64,000 bases of DNA from Vicinamibacterales bacterium (GCA_965203525.1 OZ241898.1:640176-704175); one strand, 5' to 3'. Positions 46,240-56,223 are shown, counted from the stretch's first letter. A program made the numbers and translations. Notes: generated from the sequence alone by a model not told the origin.

Positions 46240-46548
46240 ATCGGGAAACCGACGTCACGATCCGGCTCGACGCGGCGCTCGAAGCAGGGTCAGATTCTTG
46301 CCGCTCTGGTCGGGCGGTAGCGTTCCCCGCCCGCGGATTTCCGGCGGATGCGGCGCGCCGGTGCCGTTGCCGGGCGTTCGGCGGCCTGCCGGCGCCGCTT
46401 GCCGGTTCGGGGTGCGTACCGTATCCTGAAAGCCGTTGCCTGTCGATCCCGCCGTCCATCGAAACCGCGGTCCTTGCTCCGTCATTCGCCCGGGCGTTCC
46501 GCCGGCGCCTGCCTGCGCCGCGGCGGGGCTCCGTGATCCGTTCCGCGC

Positions 46549-47568
46549 ATGGCCGCCGACAACGTGAAGCCGCGCGTCGTCTCCGGGATGCGTCCCACCG
46601 GGCGGTTGCACCTGGGGCATCTGGCCGGCGCCCTCGGCAAGTGGGCGGATCTGCAGGCCGACTACGACTGCATGTACTTCGTCGCCGACTGGCACGCGCT
46701 CACGAGCGAGTTCGCCGACACGTCGGAGCTGACCGGTTACGCGTACGACAACGTCGCCGACTGGATCGCGGCCGGCGTGGACCCGGAGCGCAGCACGTTG
46801 TTCGTGCAGTCGCTCGTGCCGGAGCACGCGGAGCTGTACCTGCTGCTGCAGATGGTGGTGCCGATTCCCTGGCTGGAGCGGGTGCCGACCTACAAGGAGC
46901 AGATCGACCAGTTGGCGGAGCGCGACCTGTCGTCGATCGGCTTCCTCGGCTATCCGCTGCTGCAGGGCGCCGACGTCATCATCTACGACGCGCGCTACGT
47001 CCCGGTGGGCGACGACCAGGTCCCGCACCTGGAGCTGGCGCGCGAGGTGGTGCGCCGGTTCCACCAGTTCTTCGGCCCGGTGTTCGTGGAGCCGCGGCCG
47101 CTGCTGACGCACTTCCCGCGCCTGCCGGGTATCGACAACCGCAAGATGTCGAAGAGTTACGCCAACACCATCGACATGGCGGACGACGCGCGCACCGTGC
47201 GCAGGAAGGTGATGCGGATGTTTACGGATCCGAAGCGCGTCCGCGCCGACGTCCCCGGCACGGTGGAGGGGAACCCGGTGTTCACCTACCACGACGCCTT
47301 CAATCCCGACACCGCGCAGGTGGACGACTTCAAGGCGCGCTACCGGGCGGGCAAGGTCGGCGACGTCGAGGTGAAGGCGGCGCTGGCCGACGCGATCAAC
47401 GCGCGTCTGGACCCGTTGCGGGAACGGCGCGCCGAGGTGCTGGCCCGTCCCGGCCGGATTCGCGAGATCCTGCGCGACGGTTCGGCCCGCGCCCGCGAAA
47501 CGGCGCGGGCCACGATGGAGCGCGTGCGCGAGGCGGTCGGCCTGACGTACGGCGCGGCGCGCGCGTGA
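46549..47568 (+). CDS. trpS: Tryptophan--tRNA ligase
   Basis: SGMRPTGRLHLGHLAG (HIGH-type) and RKMSKSY (KMSKS). 339 aa. Confidence 0.95.
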   Translation: MAADNVKPRVVSGMRPTGRLHLGHLAGALGKWADLQADYDCMYFVADWHALTSEFADTSELTGYAYDNVADWIAAGVDPERSTLFVQSLVPEHAELYLLLQMVVPIPWLERVPTYKEQIDQLAERDLSSIGFLGYPLLQGADVIIYDARYVPVGDDQVPHLELAREVVRRFHQFFGPVFVEPRPLLTHFPRLPGIDNRKMSKSYANTIDMADDARTVRRKVMRMFTDPKRVRADVPGTVEGNPVFTYHDAFNPDTAQVDDFKARYRAGKVGDVEVKAALADAINARLDPLRERRAEVLARPGRIREILRDGSARARETARATMERVREAVGLTYGAARA

Positions 47569-47586
47569 GGGACGGAGGTCACCGAC

Positions 47587-48468
47587 ATGGCGGAACGCGG
47601 CCCGGGCGTGACGGACGCGGCGGTCGCCGGCGCCGAGCCGGAGATTCCGCCCGGCTTCGAGTCGATCCTGCCGGACTACCCGGTCCGGCTCACCAACTTC
47701 GAGGGGCCGCTCGACCTCCTGATCCACCTCATCAAGAAGAACGAGGTCGACGTCTACGACATCCCGATCGTGCTGATCTCGCAGCAGTACCTGGAGTACC
47801 TGGATCTGATGCGGGAGATCGACCTCGACGTGGCCGGCGAGTTCCTAGTCATGGCGGCGACGCTGATCCACATCAAGTCGCGGATGCTCGTGCCGCGCGT
47901 GGAGGCCGGCGTCGAGTCCGGCGAGCCGGAGGAGGATCCCCGCGCAACGCTGGTGCGGCGCCTGCTCGAGCACCAGCGGTTCAAGGCGGCGGCGGAGATG
48001 CTGCACGAGTGCGAGACCGTGCGGAGCGCGCAGTGGACCCGCCCCGACGAGCGGGTGCGGGAAATTGCCGGGGCCCCGTTCGAGCGCGAACTCGAGGTGG
48101 ACCTCTTCAGCCTGCTCCAGGCGTTCCAGGCGGTCCTGGCCCGGGCCCGCGACCGGCGGCCGGACGTCCGCCTGCCGGCGGAGGTGGTGTCGATCGAGAC
48201 CCGCATGCGGGAGATGCTCGAGCGGCTGGCGGAAAGCGGGCCGTGCGGGTTCGACGAGCTGTTCGCCGGCGTATCGTCCCGCCAGGAGATCATCGTGACG
48301 TTTCTCGCCACGCTGGAGTTGATCCGGACGAAGTTGATTCGCGTGCTGCAGACCCGCGTCTGCGGGCCGATTCGGATCCATCTGAGCGAGCGCGCCGCGG
48401 CGGCGCCGGCCGCCGCGGCGGCCGGCGAAGCGAACCCGGGCGGTGACGGCGGGGAGGAGCCGGGGTGA
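47587..48468 (+). CDS. scpA: Segregation and condensation protein A
   Basis: VRLTNFEGPLDLLIHLIKKNEVDVYDIPIVLISQQYLEYL is the canonical ScpA sequence. Confidence 0.92.
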   Translation: MAERGPGVTDAAVAGAEPEIPPGFESILPDYPVRLTNFEGPLDLLIHLIKKNEVDVYDIPIVLISQQYLEYLDLMREIDLDVAGEFLVMAATLIHIKSRMLVPRVEAGVESGEPEEDPRATLVRRLLEHQRFKAAAEMLHECETVRSAQWTRPDERVREIAGAPFERELEVDLFSLLQAFQAVLARARDRRPDVRLPAEVVSIETRMREMLERLAESGPCGFDELFAGVSSRQEIIVTFLATLELIRTKLIRVLQTRVCGPIRIHLSERAAAAPAAAAAGEANPGGDGGEEPG

Positions 48469-49112
48469 TCGACGCGCCGGACGAACTGCAGGCGATCGTC
48501 GAGGCGTTGATCTTCGCCTCGCCGGAACCGCTGACGCTGAAGAGTCTGGCGAAGACGCTCGACGACGAGCCGCGCGAGCACGTCGAAGAGGCGCTCGCCG
48601 CGCTCCGCCGGGACTGGAGCGCCCGGCCCGGCGGCCTGCAACTGGTCGAAGTGGCGGGCGGGTACCAGATCGTGACCCGGCCGGAGCTGCACGACCGCGT
48701 CCGGCGCCTCTTCCACGAGCACTCCAGCCAGCGGCTCTCCGCGCAGGCGCTCGAGACGCTGGCCGTCATCGCCTACCGGCAGCCGGTGACCGGTCCGGAG
48801 ATCGCCGAGATCCGGGGCGTGAACACCTCCGGGGTGATCGGCACGCTGGTCGATCGGCGTCTGGTCAAGGTCGTCGGGCGGAAGGCGGTGGTCGGCCGGC
48901 CGTTCCTGTACGCCACCACCCGCGAGTTCCTCGACCGGTTCGGGTTGAAGGACCTGACGGACCTGCCGAAGGTGGAGGACATGGCCGAGGCGCTGGGGAT
49001 GGAGGCGCCGCCGGCCCTCGCTGCCGGGGATCCGCGGGACGCGGCGCTGCCCCTGGAGGCGCCCTCCGGGATCGCGCCCGCGCCGGCCGGCGGATCCGGG
49101 AAGGTCCACTGA
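48465..49112 (+). CDS. scpB: Segregation and condensation protein B
   Basis: The GTG at 48465 overlaps the scpA stop. IVEALIFASPEPLTL, ETLAVIAYRQPVTGPEIAEIRGV and GRPFLYATT. Confidence 0.92.
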   Translation: MIDAPDELQAIVEALIFASPEPLTLKSLAKTLDDEPREHVEEALAALRRDWSARPGGLQLVEVAGGYQIVTRPELHDRVRRLFHEHSSQRLSAQALETLAVIAYRQPVTGPEIAEIRGVNTSGVIGTLVDRRLVKVVGRKAVVGRPFLYATTREFLDRFGLKDLTDLPKVEDMAEALGMEAPPALAAGDPRDAALPLEAPSGIAPAPAGGSGKVH

Positions 49113-49126
49113 ATCCTGCCCTCCGT

Positions 49127-49939
49127 ATGCGCGGCGCCGAAGCGATGAACGAGGCGGTCCCGCTCCGGGAGCAGGCGCGGCTGCAGAAGGTGCTTGCGGC
49201 GGCCGGCGTGGCGTCCCGCCGGGCGGCGGAACGGCTCATCGCCGACGGCCGCGTGACCGTGAACGGGCGGACGGTGCGGGAGCCCGGCGGGCGCGCGGAC
49301 CCGGCGCGCGACGACGTCCGCGTGGACGGCCGCCGGATCGCGCGCGCGGTGCGGCGCCGGTACGTGGCGCTCCACAAGCCGCGCGGCTGCGTCACCACGC
49401 GCCGCGACCCGCACCGGCGGAGGACGGTCCTCGACCTGATTCCGGACGTGCGGGAGTACGTCTATCCGGTGGGACGGCTCGACTACGATTCCGAAGGGCT
49501 GCTGTTGCTGACCAACGACGGGGCGCTGGCCGCGGTCCTGACCCACCCGCGCCACGGCGTGGCGCGCGTCTACGAGGCGACGGTGCGCGGGGTGCCGAGC
49601 GCCGCGCGGCTGCGGCGTCTCGCGGCCGGCGTCGCGATCGACGGCCGCGAGACCGCGCCCGCCGAGGTGCGGATGCTGCGCGGCGGCGGGCCGGGGCGGG
49701 CCGACGAGGCGCGGGTGCGCATCGTGATCCGCGAGGGGCGCAACCGGCAGGTGCGGCGCATGTTCGACGCCATCGGCCATCCGGTGCGGCGGCTGCGCCG
49801 GACGCGGATCGGTCCCGTCAGCCTGCGCGGGCTGCGGCCGGGCGCCGCCCGCGAGCTGACCCCGGCGGAGGTGCGCGCGCTGCGGCGCGCGGCGCGGAAC
49901 GTCTCGCCGCCGTCTGCGCCGGCGCGGGGGCGCGGATGA
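49127..49939 (+). CDS. rluB: Pseudouridine synthase, RsuA/RluB family, with an S4 domain
   Basis: S4 domain RLQKVLAAAGVASRRAAERLIADGRVTVNG, catalytic VGRLDYDSEGLLLLTNDG, and GRNRQVRRMF. An alternative ATG lies at 49145. Confidence 0.88.
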   Translation: MRGAEAMNEAVPLREQARLQKVLAAAGVASRRAAERLIADGRVTVNGRTVREPGGRADPARDDVRVDGRRIARAVRRRYVALHKPRGCVTTRRDPHRRRTVLDLIPDVREYVYPVGRLDYDSEGLLLLTNDGALAAVLTHPRHGVARVYEATVRGVPSAARLRRLAAGVAIDGRETAPAEVRMLRGGGPGRADEARVRIVIREGRNRQVRRMFDAIGHPVRRLRRTRIGPVSLRGLRPGAARELTPAEVRALRRAARNVSPPSAPARGRG

Positions 49940-50616
49940 GCGTCGCGGACGTGATCGCCATCGACGGACCGTCCGGGGCCGGCAAGGGCACGGTGGCGCG
50001 CGCCGTGGCGCAGGCGCTCGACTGCCGCCACGTCGACACCGGGGCGATGTACCGCGCCGTCGCCTGGCGGGCCCTGCGGCAGGGCCGGGCGCTCGACGAC
50101 GAGGCGGCGGTGGCCGCGGTCGCCGCCGGCGCGGTCTTCACGCTCGACGGGGCGCGCATCGCGATAGACGGGGAGGACGTCAGCCGGGCCATCCGGACCC
50201 CCGAGATGGACGTCGCGGCGGCCGCCGTGGCCCGGCTGCCGCGGGTGCGGGCGGCGCTCGTCGCCCGCCAGCGCGACCTCGCCGGCGCCGGCGGCGTCGT
50301 GATGGAGGGGCGCGACATCGGGACCACGGTGTTTCCGGACGCGCCGGTGAAGATCTACCTCGACGCTTCTCCGGAGGAGCGGGCGGCCCGCCGCGCGCGG
50401 GACCCGGCGCACCGGCTGCCGCGGGGAGCGGGGCCGGGCGACGTGGCCCGCGCGCTCCACGCGCGCGACCGGCTCGACCGGACCCGGCGCGCCTCGCCGC
50501 TCGAGCAGGCGCCGGACGCCGTGCGGATCGACACGACGGGGTTGTCGATCGAGCGGGTGGTGCGGCAGGTGATGGCGGTCGTACGCGCCCGCCGGACGCC
50601 CGCCCGCCGGAGTTGA
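49936..50616 (+). CDS. cmk: Cytidylate kinase
   Basis: IAIDGPSGAGKGTVA P-loop, DTGAMYRAV and VMEGRDIGTTVFPDA. The start overlaps the upstream stop. Confidence 0.93.
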   Translation: MSVADVIAIDGPSGAGKGTVARAVAQALDCRHVDTGAMYRAVAWRALRQGRALDDEAAVAAVAAGAVFTLDGARIAIDGEDVSRAIRTPEMDVAAAAVARLPRVRAALVARQRDLAGAGGVVMEGRDIGTTVFPDAPVKIYLDASPEERAARRARDPAHRLPRGAGPGDVARALHARDRLDRTRRASPLEQAPDAVRIDTTGLSIERVVRQVMAVVRARRTPARRS

Positions 50617-50748
50617 CGCGTTTCGGTAACTGTCGTACAGTCCGGCGTTTACAGCGCATCAGGGGAACGATTTCGGGGCCGGTGGGCCGGCCGCCGCTCC
50701 CCCGGCTTCGCCAGTCGCAGAGCCGGACGGGAGGAAGGAAAGGTCAGG

Positions 50749-52533
50749 ATGACAGACGCACCAGACGACGCGGCGCGGCTGGCGGCCGCCGGCGCCGCGG
50801 AGGCTCTCCCGGCGGCGCCGAAACCTCCCGAGCCGGCGCGGTTCGCGGACCCGGACGAGGAGACGGTCGATCCGGAGGAGCACGCCCGCCTCGTCGCCCT
50901 GTACGAGGGCAGCCTGAAGAACATCGCCGAGGGGGAGGTCATCAAGGGCACCGTGCTCAAGGTGTCCGATTCCGCGGTGATCGTCGACGTCGGCTACAAG
51001 TCGGAGGGCCTGATCTCGCTGTCGGAGTTCTACGACGAGAACGGCGAGCCGATGGTGCAGCCGGGCGACACGGTCGACGTGCTGCTCGAGCGGACCGAGG
51101 ACCGCGACGGCCACATCGTGCTCTCGCGCGAGAAGGCCGAGAAGATGAAGATATGGGACGAGGTCGAGAAGGCCTACGCGGATCGCAAGGTCGTCATCGG
51201 GCGGGTGATCGAGCGCATCAAGGGCGGCCTCGCCGTCGACATCGGCGTGCGCGCGTTCCTGCCCGGCTCGCAGATCGACGTCCGTCCCGTGCGGAACCTC
51301 GATTCGCTGCGCGGCCAGGAGCTGCGCATGCGCGTCATCAAGGTGAACAAGAAGCGGGGCAACATCGTGTTGTCGCGCAAGGTCCTCGTCGAAGAGGAGA
51401 ACGCGGAAAAGAAGAAGGAGACGCTCGCGACCCTCGCCGAGGGCAAGGTCATGCAGGGGGTGGTGAAGAACATCACCGACTACGGCGCCTTCATCGACCT
51501 CGGCGGCATCGACGGGTTGCTGCACGTCACCGACATGTCGTGGGGCCGGGCGCAGCACCCCTCCGAGATCTTCAGCGTGAACGACGAGGTGGAGGTCATC
51601 GTCCTGAAGTTCGACCCCGCGACCGAGCGCGTCTCGCTCGGCTACAAGCAGCTCCACGCCGACCCGTGGACCTCGGTGGCGGAACGGTACCCGGTCGGGC
51701 AGCGCCTGCCGGGCAAGGTGGTCAGCCTGACCGACTACGGCGCCTTCGTCGAGCTCGAGCCCGGCGTCGAGGGGCTGATCCACGTCTCCGAGATGTCGTG
51801 GAGCAAGCGCGTGAAGCACCCGTCGAAGCTGCTCAACGTGGGCGACATGGTGGAGTCGATGATCCTCGGCGTCGATCCGCACGCGCGCCGCATCGCGCTC
51901 GGGTTGAAGCAGATCGAAAGCAACCCGTGGCAGCGGCTCGGCGAGAAGTACCCGGTCGGTTCGAAGATCACCGGCACCGTCCGCAACCTGACCGAGTTCG
52001 GCGCGTTCGTCGAGGTCGAGGAGGGCATCGACGGCCTGATCCACATCTCGGACATGTCCTGGAGCAAGCGGCTGAAGCACCCCTCCGACGTCATCCGGAA
52101 GGGCGAAGAGGTCGAGGCGATGGTGCTCAACATCGACCCCGAGAACCAGCGGCTCTCGCTCGGCCTGAAGCAGCTCGCGACCGACATCTGGGACGACTTC
52201 TTCGCCACGACCAAGGTCGGCGACGTCGTCGAGGGCAAGGTGGTGCGGATCACCAGCTTCGGTGCGTTCGTCGAGCTGGCCGAGGGGATCGAAGGGTTGA
52301 TCCACGTCTCCGAGTTCGAGGATCAGGGGCGGGGCGACAAGGCGGAGCTGACGGTCGACGAAACGATCCAGATGCGCGTCATCAAGCTGAGCCCGGCCGA
52401 GCGGAAGATCGGGCTCAGCGTGCGCGCGCTGAGCAGCGAGAACTTCGAGGTCGACTGGCGCAGCTACACCAGCGGCGAATCGCCCGAGGTGACGCTCGGG
52501 GACCACTTCAAGCAGCAGACGTCGTCGGACTAG
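50749..52533 (+). CDS. rpsA: 30S ribosomal protein S1
   Basis: 594 aa with six S1 repeats (GEVIKGTVLKV..., VIGRVIERIKGGLAVDIG, VMQGVVKNITDYGAFIDLGG...). A strong SD (GGGAGGAAGGAAAGG) lies upstream. Confidence 0.95.
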   Translation: MTDAPDDAARLAAAGAAEALPAAPKPPEPARFADPDEETVDPEEHARLVALYEGSLKNIAEGEVIKGTVLKVSDSAVIVDVGYKSEGLISLSEFYDENGEPMVQPGDTVDVLLERTEDRDGHIVLSREKAEKMKIWDEVEKAYADRKVVIGRVIERIKGGLAVDIGVRAFLPGSQIDVRPVRNLDSLRGQELRMRVIKVNKKRGNIVLSRKVLVEEENAEKKKETLATLAEGKVMQGVVKNITDYGAFIDLGGIDGLLHVTDMSWGRAQHPSEIFSVNDEVEVIVLKFDPATERVSLGYKQLHADPWTSVAERYPVGQRLPGKVVSLTDYGAFVELEPGVEGLIHVSEMSWSKRVKHPSKLLNVGDMVESMILGVDPHARRIALGLKQIESNPWQRLGEKYPVGSKITGTVRNLTEFGAFVEVEEGIDGLIHISDMSWSKRLKHPSDVIRKGEEVEAMVLNIDPENQRLSLGLKQLATDIWDDFFATTKVGDVVEGKVVRITSFGAFVELAEGIEGLIHVSEFEDQGRGDKAELTVDETIQMRVIKLSPAERKIGLSVRALSSENFEVDWRSYTSGESPEVTLGDHFKQQTSSD

Positions 52534-52542
52534 CCGCGCCGG

Positions 52543-52572
52543 GATTCCGCGGCGGCGGCGCGCCGCGGAATC
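52543..52572 (+). terminator. GC-rich hairpin (12-bp stem, 6-nt loop) just after rpsA. It may be a terminator or attenuator, but has no U tract.
   Basis: gattccgcggcg gcggcg cgccgcggaatc. Perfect pairing from 52543-52554 to 52561-52572, starting 10 nt after the rpsA stop. Confidence 0.4.
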
Positions 52573-52581
52573 GAGGAAGCC

Positions 52582-53121
52582 GTGGACCGGGACAGCATGA
52601 CCAAGGCGGTGCTGGTCGAGGAGGTGGCCCGGATCACCGACCTCACCAAGAAGGACGCCGAGGTCATCGTCGATACGGTGTTCCGCTGCATCGCCGACGC
52701 CCTGCGCCGCGGCGAGAAGGTGGAGTTGCGCGGCTTCGGCAGCTTCCGGCTGCGCCGGCGCGAGCCGCGCAAGGGACGCAATCCGAAGACCGGCGACCGG
52801 GTGGACGTGCCGCCCAAGCAGGTGCCCTACTTCAAGCCCGGCAAGGAGCTCAAGGAGCGGATCAACCGCTCCCCGGGCAGCCCCTCGCGGCGGCCGGCCG
52901 CCGCGGGGGCGAGCCGGGGCGCGGCGTCGGCCGGCCGGCCGCCGTCGGCGCCGGCCGCCGGCCCCGGGGCCGCCCGGGCGGCCCCGGGGCGCGTCGATCG
53001 CGAATCCGGGTCCGCGCGCCCGTTGCGCGGCGTGCGGCAGCCGCCCGGTGGCGAGGGGCGGGAATACGCTCGCAGAGTCGTCGAAGGACTTCCGGTCCGC
53101 CGGCAGGTCTCGCCGCGTTGA
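52582..53121 (+). CDS. HU/IHF-family DNA-binding protein with an approximately 85-aa Pro/Ala/Arg-rich C-terminal tail
   Basis: MTKAVLVEEVARITDLTKKDAEVIVDTVF...ELRGFGSF...RKGRNPKTGDRVDVP. The start is either GTG at 52582 or ATG at 52597. Confidence 0.85.
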   Translation: MDRDSMTKAVLVEEVARITDLTKKDAEVIVDTVFRCIADALRRGEKVELRGFGSFRLRRREPRKGRNPKTGDRVDVPPKQVPYFKPGKELKERINRSPGSPSRRPAAAGASRGAASAGRPPSAPAAGPGAARAAPGRVDRESGSARPLRGVRQPPGGEGREYARRVVEGLPVRRQVSPR

Positions 53122-53150
53122 TCCGCCGCCCGCCGTGAGGATACGTCCCG

Positions 53151-53678
53151 GTGCGACGCCTTTGGGCCCCGTGGAGACTGGAGTACGTGACCGGCGCGGC
53201 GGGTGGTGAGTCCGCCTCCTGCGTCTTCTGCGCGGCGCTCGCCCCGGCGGGCCCGTCGCCGCTGCTCGTCTTCCGCGGCGAGCGGGTCTTCGTCGTTCTC
53301 AACAAGTATCCCTACAACAACGGCCATCTGCTGGTCGTTCCGGTGCGGCACGTCGCGCGGCTGGGGGAGGCGACGGCGGCGGAGCTGGCCGAGCTGATCA
53401 CCCTCACGCAGGCCGCCGAGACCACGTTGACCGAGGCCTACGGCGCCCACGGCATCAACGTCGGCATGAACCTCGGCCGGCCGGCGGGGGCCGGCGTGGC
53501 CGGTCACCTGCACGTGCACGTCGTCCCGCGCTGGGACGGCGACACGAACTTCCTGACCGTCGTCGGCGACACGCGCGTCGTCCCCGAGGAGCCGGCCGCG
53601 AGCGTGGCCCGCCTGAAACCGGTCTTCGAGCGGCTCGCGACGGCGTCGCAGGCCGGCAGCGCATGCGGATCGAGCTGA
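53151..53678 (+). CDS. HIT-family nucleotide hydrolase/transferase
   Basis: CVFC, VVLNKYPYNNGHLLVVP, and the histidine triad GHLHVHVVPR. Confidence 0.88.
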   Translation: MRRLWAPWRLEYVTGAAGGESASCVFCAALAPAGPSPLLVFRGERVFVVLNKYPYNNGHLLVVPVRHVARLGEATAAELAELITLTQAAETTLTEAYGAHGINVGMNLGRPAGAGVAGHLHVHVVPRWDGDTNFLTVVGDTRVVPEEPAASVARLKPVFERLATASQAGSACGSS

Positions 53679-54811
53679 CGCCCGAGCAGATCCGGTTTCG
53701 TCAGGAGGTCCGGGACTTCGCCGCGGCCGCGGTCGCGCCGCGCGCCGCGGCGATCGACGCGTCCGACCGGTTTCCGGCCGACCTGGTGTCCCAGGCGGCG
53801 GCCCGGGGGCTGCTGGGGGTGACGGCGCCGGAAGATTGGGGCGGCGCCGGCCGCGACCACGTCAGCTACGCGCTGGCGGTCGAGGCGGTCGCCGCCGCCA
53901 GCGCCGCGCTGGGCGCCGTCCTGGTGGTCAGCAACTCCCTCGTGGTCGAGGTGGTACGCCGTTTCGGGACGGCGTCGCAGAAGGACGCGTGGCTCGCGCG
54001 TCTGGTGTCGGGACGGGCCCTCGGCGCGTTCGCCCTGTCGGAGGCGCAGGCGGGAACCGACGCGGCCCGGCAGGAGACGACCGCGACCGCGTCCGGTGGC
54101 GGGTACGTGCTGCGGGGCGAAAAGGTCTGGGTGGCCAACGGCGCCGCGGCCGAGGTCGCGCTGATCTTCGCGGCGACCGGGCCGGGCGCCGGCGGGCGCG
54201 GGGTGAGCGCGTTCCTCGTCCCGCTGGACCGGCCGGGACTCACGCGCGCGGCGACCCGCGACCCGCTCGGCATGCGGGGCCTCGGGTGCGTCGACCTGCG
54301 GCTCGACGACGTCGAGGTCGAGGAGAGCGCGCTGCTGGCCGGCGCCGGCCGGGGGTTCGACGTCGCGAAGTGGGCCCTGGACGGGGCGCGCGTCGCCATC
54401 GGCGCCGCGGCGCTCGGCGTGGGGCAGGCGGCGTTCGACGAGGCGCTGCGCCACGCCCGCACCCGGGAGGCCTTCGGCCGTCCCATCGGCCGGTACCAGG
54501 CGATCCAGTGGCAGATCGCCGACGTCGCGACCGAGCTGGACGCGGCGCGCATGCTGGTGCTGCGGGCGGCGGCGGCGAAGGACGTGCGCGAGCGGGTCAC
54601 GCTGGAGGCTTCGATGGCCAAGCTCGCCGCTTCGGAGGCGGCGCAACGCGCCGCGGATCGGGCGCTGCGGATCCTCGCCTCGGCCGGCTACCGGCGCGGC
54701 ACGACCGCCGAGCGGCTGGTCCGCGACGCGCGCGCGCTGGAGATCGTGGCCGGCACGTCCGAGGCCCAGCGGATGATCATCGCCGCGCAGGTGGCGGCCG
54801 GCGGCCGCTGA
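53663..54811 (+). CDS. Acyl-CoA dehydrogenase
   Basis: 382 aa: FALSEAQAGTDA, KVWVANG, RPIGRYQAIQWQIADV and EIVAGTSEAQR. Confidence 0.9.
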   Translation: MRIELTPEQIRFRQEVRDFAAAAVAPRAAAIDASDRFPADLVSQAAARGLLGVTAPEDWGGAGRDHVSYALAVEAVAAASAALGAVLVVSNSLVVEVVRRFGTASQKDAWLARLVSGRALGAFALSEAQAGTDAARQETTATASGGGYVLRGEKVWVANGAAAEVALIFAATGPGAGGRGVSAFLVPLDRPGLTRAATRDPLGMRGLGCVDLRLDDVEVEESALLAGAGRGFDVAKWALDGARVAIGAAALGVGQAAFDEALRHARTREAFGRPIGRYQAIQWQIADVATELDAARMLVLRAAAAKDVRERVTLEASMAKLAASEAAQRAADRALRILASAGYRRGTTAERLVRDARALEIVAGTSEAQRMIIAAQVAAGGR

Positions 54812-54828
54812 CGAGGCGGCGGGCGGCG

Positions 54829-55020
54829 GCGCAGGGGGCGGAACCCGCGGCGCGGCCCGCCTTCCAGGCGACGGCTTCCTCACCCATCCTGTCGCGCGCG
54901 GCGCAAGGGGGCGGAACCCGCGGCGCGGCCCGCCTTCCAGGCGACGGGCTTCCTCATCCATCCTGTCGCGCGCGGCGCAAGGGGGCGGAACTCGCGGCGT
55001 TGCCCGCCGGCGAGCGTTCA
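54829..55020 (+). repeat. 2.6 tandem copies (periods 72 and 74) between the two convergent acyl-CoA dehydrogenase genes. The last, partial copy runs into the stop of the minus-strand gene.
   Basis: gcgca(a)gggggcggaac[ct]cgcggcg... starts at 54829, 54901 and 54975. Copies 1 and 2 are nearly identical over about 70 nt. Confidence 0.9.
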
Positions 55021-56223
55021 CCGCCGCAGCAGCCGCTTCGCGATCGTCTGAAGCTGGAGGTTCGACGTCCCTTCGTAGATTTGCCCGATCTTCGCGTCGC
55101 GGTACAGCTTTTCCACGGGGTAGTCCTTCGTGTAGCCGACGCCGCCGAAGAGCTGCACGGCGAGGGAGGCGACCCGCTCGGCCACCTGCGAACCGAACAG
55201 CTTGGCCATGGCGCCCGCGGTCAGGAACGGCTCGCCGGCGTCGCGCAGCCGGGCCGCGTTGTACGTTTGCAGGCGCGCCGCCTCGAGTTCGGTCGCGGCC
55301 TGCGCGAGCTGGAACTGCACCGCCTGGAAGTCGGCGATCGGGCGGCCGAACTGCCGCCGCTCCCGCACGTAGGCCAGGGCGTGGTCGAGCGCGCCCTGCG
55401 CGAGGCCGACCATCTGCGCCGCGATGCCGATGCGTCCTTCGTTGAGCGTCTCGATCGCCACCTTGTAGCCGCGGCCGACCGCGCCGAGGACGTTGGCGGC
55501 GGGGACGCGGCACGCGTCGAGCAGCAGCTCGCAGGTGCTGCTGGCGCGGATGCCGAGCTTGTCCTCCTTCCTGCCGACGGCGAACCCCTCGCTGGCGCGC
55601 TCGACCAGGAACGCCGTGATGCCGCGGTGCCCCGCCGCCGGATCGACGGTGGCGAACACGATGAAGAAGTCGGCCTCGGCCGCGTTCGTGATCCAGAGCT
55701 TGCGGCCGGTCAGCACCCAGTCGTCCCCGTCCCGGACCGCGCGCGTCGCCAGGGAGAACGCGTCGCTGCCGGCGGCCGCTTCCGACAGCGCGTAGGCGCC
55801 CACCGCGCGGGCGGCCAGCGCGGGCAGCACCCGGCCCTGCTGTTCCTCCGAGCCCCAGCGCAGCAGCGCGTTGACGACCAGCGTGTTCTGCACGTCGCAG
55901 ACCACCGCGACGGCCGGGTCGACCCGTGCCAGCTCCTCCACCGCGAGGATCGACAGGAAGAAGTGTCCGCCGGCGCCGCCCCAGCGTTCCGGGATCTCGA
56001 TGCCCATGACCCCGAGATCGAAGAGCTGGTCGATGAGCGCGCGGGGCATGCGGGCCTCGGCGTCCATGCGGCGCGCCAGCGGCGCGATCTCCGCCTCGGC
56101 GAAGGCGCGGACGGCGGCCCGCAGCAGGCGTTCGTCCTCGGAGAGCCGGGTGAGCGGCGCGGCGGCGGCGGCCGTTGCGGGCGCGCGGGTCGCGGCGGGG
56201 CGCATGCGGCGCGATGGTATCAT
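55018..56223 (-). CDS. Acyl-CoA dehydrogenase (short/branched-chain type)
   Basis: C-terminal 400 aa of the 1131-aa track ORF: YALSEAAAGSDA, KLWITNA, RPIADFQAVQFQLAQ and QIYEGTSNLQ. ATG at 56223, with an alternative at 56205. Confidence 0.9.
   Translation of the reverse strand: MIPSRRMRPAATRAPATAAAAAPLTRLSEDERLLRAAVRAFAEAEIAPLARRMDAEARMPRALIDQLFDLGVMGIEIPERWGGAGGHFFLSILAVEELARVDPAVAVVCDVQNTLVVNALLRWGSEEQQGRVLPALAARAVGAYALSEAAAGSDAFSLATRAVRDGDDWVLTGRKLWITNAAEADFFIVFATVDPAAGHRGITAFLVERASEGFAVGRKEDKLGIRASSTCELLLDACRVPAANVLGAVGRGYKVAIETLNEGRIGIAAQMVGLAQGALDHALAYVRERRQFGRPIADFQAVQFQLAQAATELEAARLQTYNAARLRDAGEPFLTAGAMAKLFGSQVAERVASLAVQLFGGVGYTKDYPVEKLYRDAKIGQIYEGTSNLQLQTIAKRLLRR

Noticed and set aside
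46409-46421. A T-box-like core (GGGGTGCGTACCG) in the 309-nt leader upstream of trpS
   Set aside because: It differs from the GGGTGGNACCGCG consensus by an insertion and the 3' bases. I could not identify a Stem I/specifier loop with UGG or a terminator/antiterminator pair. It is probably chance in GC-rich DNA. An Infernal scan would settle it.
23138-46548. Calling the three lower-GC islets mobile elements or prophage remnants
   Set aside because: I found no integrase, transposase, recombinase, phage structural gene, flanking tRNA, or terminal inverted or direct repeats around them. Only compositional deviation and cargo-like genes support foreign origin.
39040-55020. A shared GGATGGATG 9-mer between the 39.0-kb array and the reverse strand of the 54.9-kb array, as evidence for one repeat family
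   Set aside because: A single 9-mer match is expected by chance at about this window size on both strands. The rest of the units do not align by eye.
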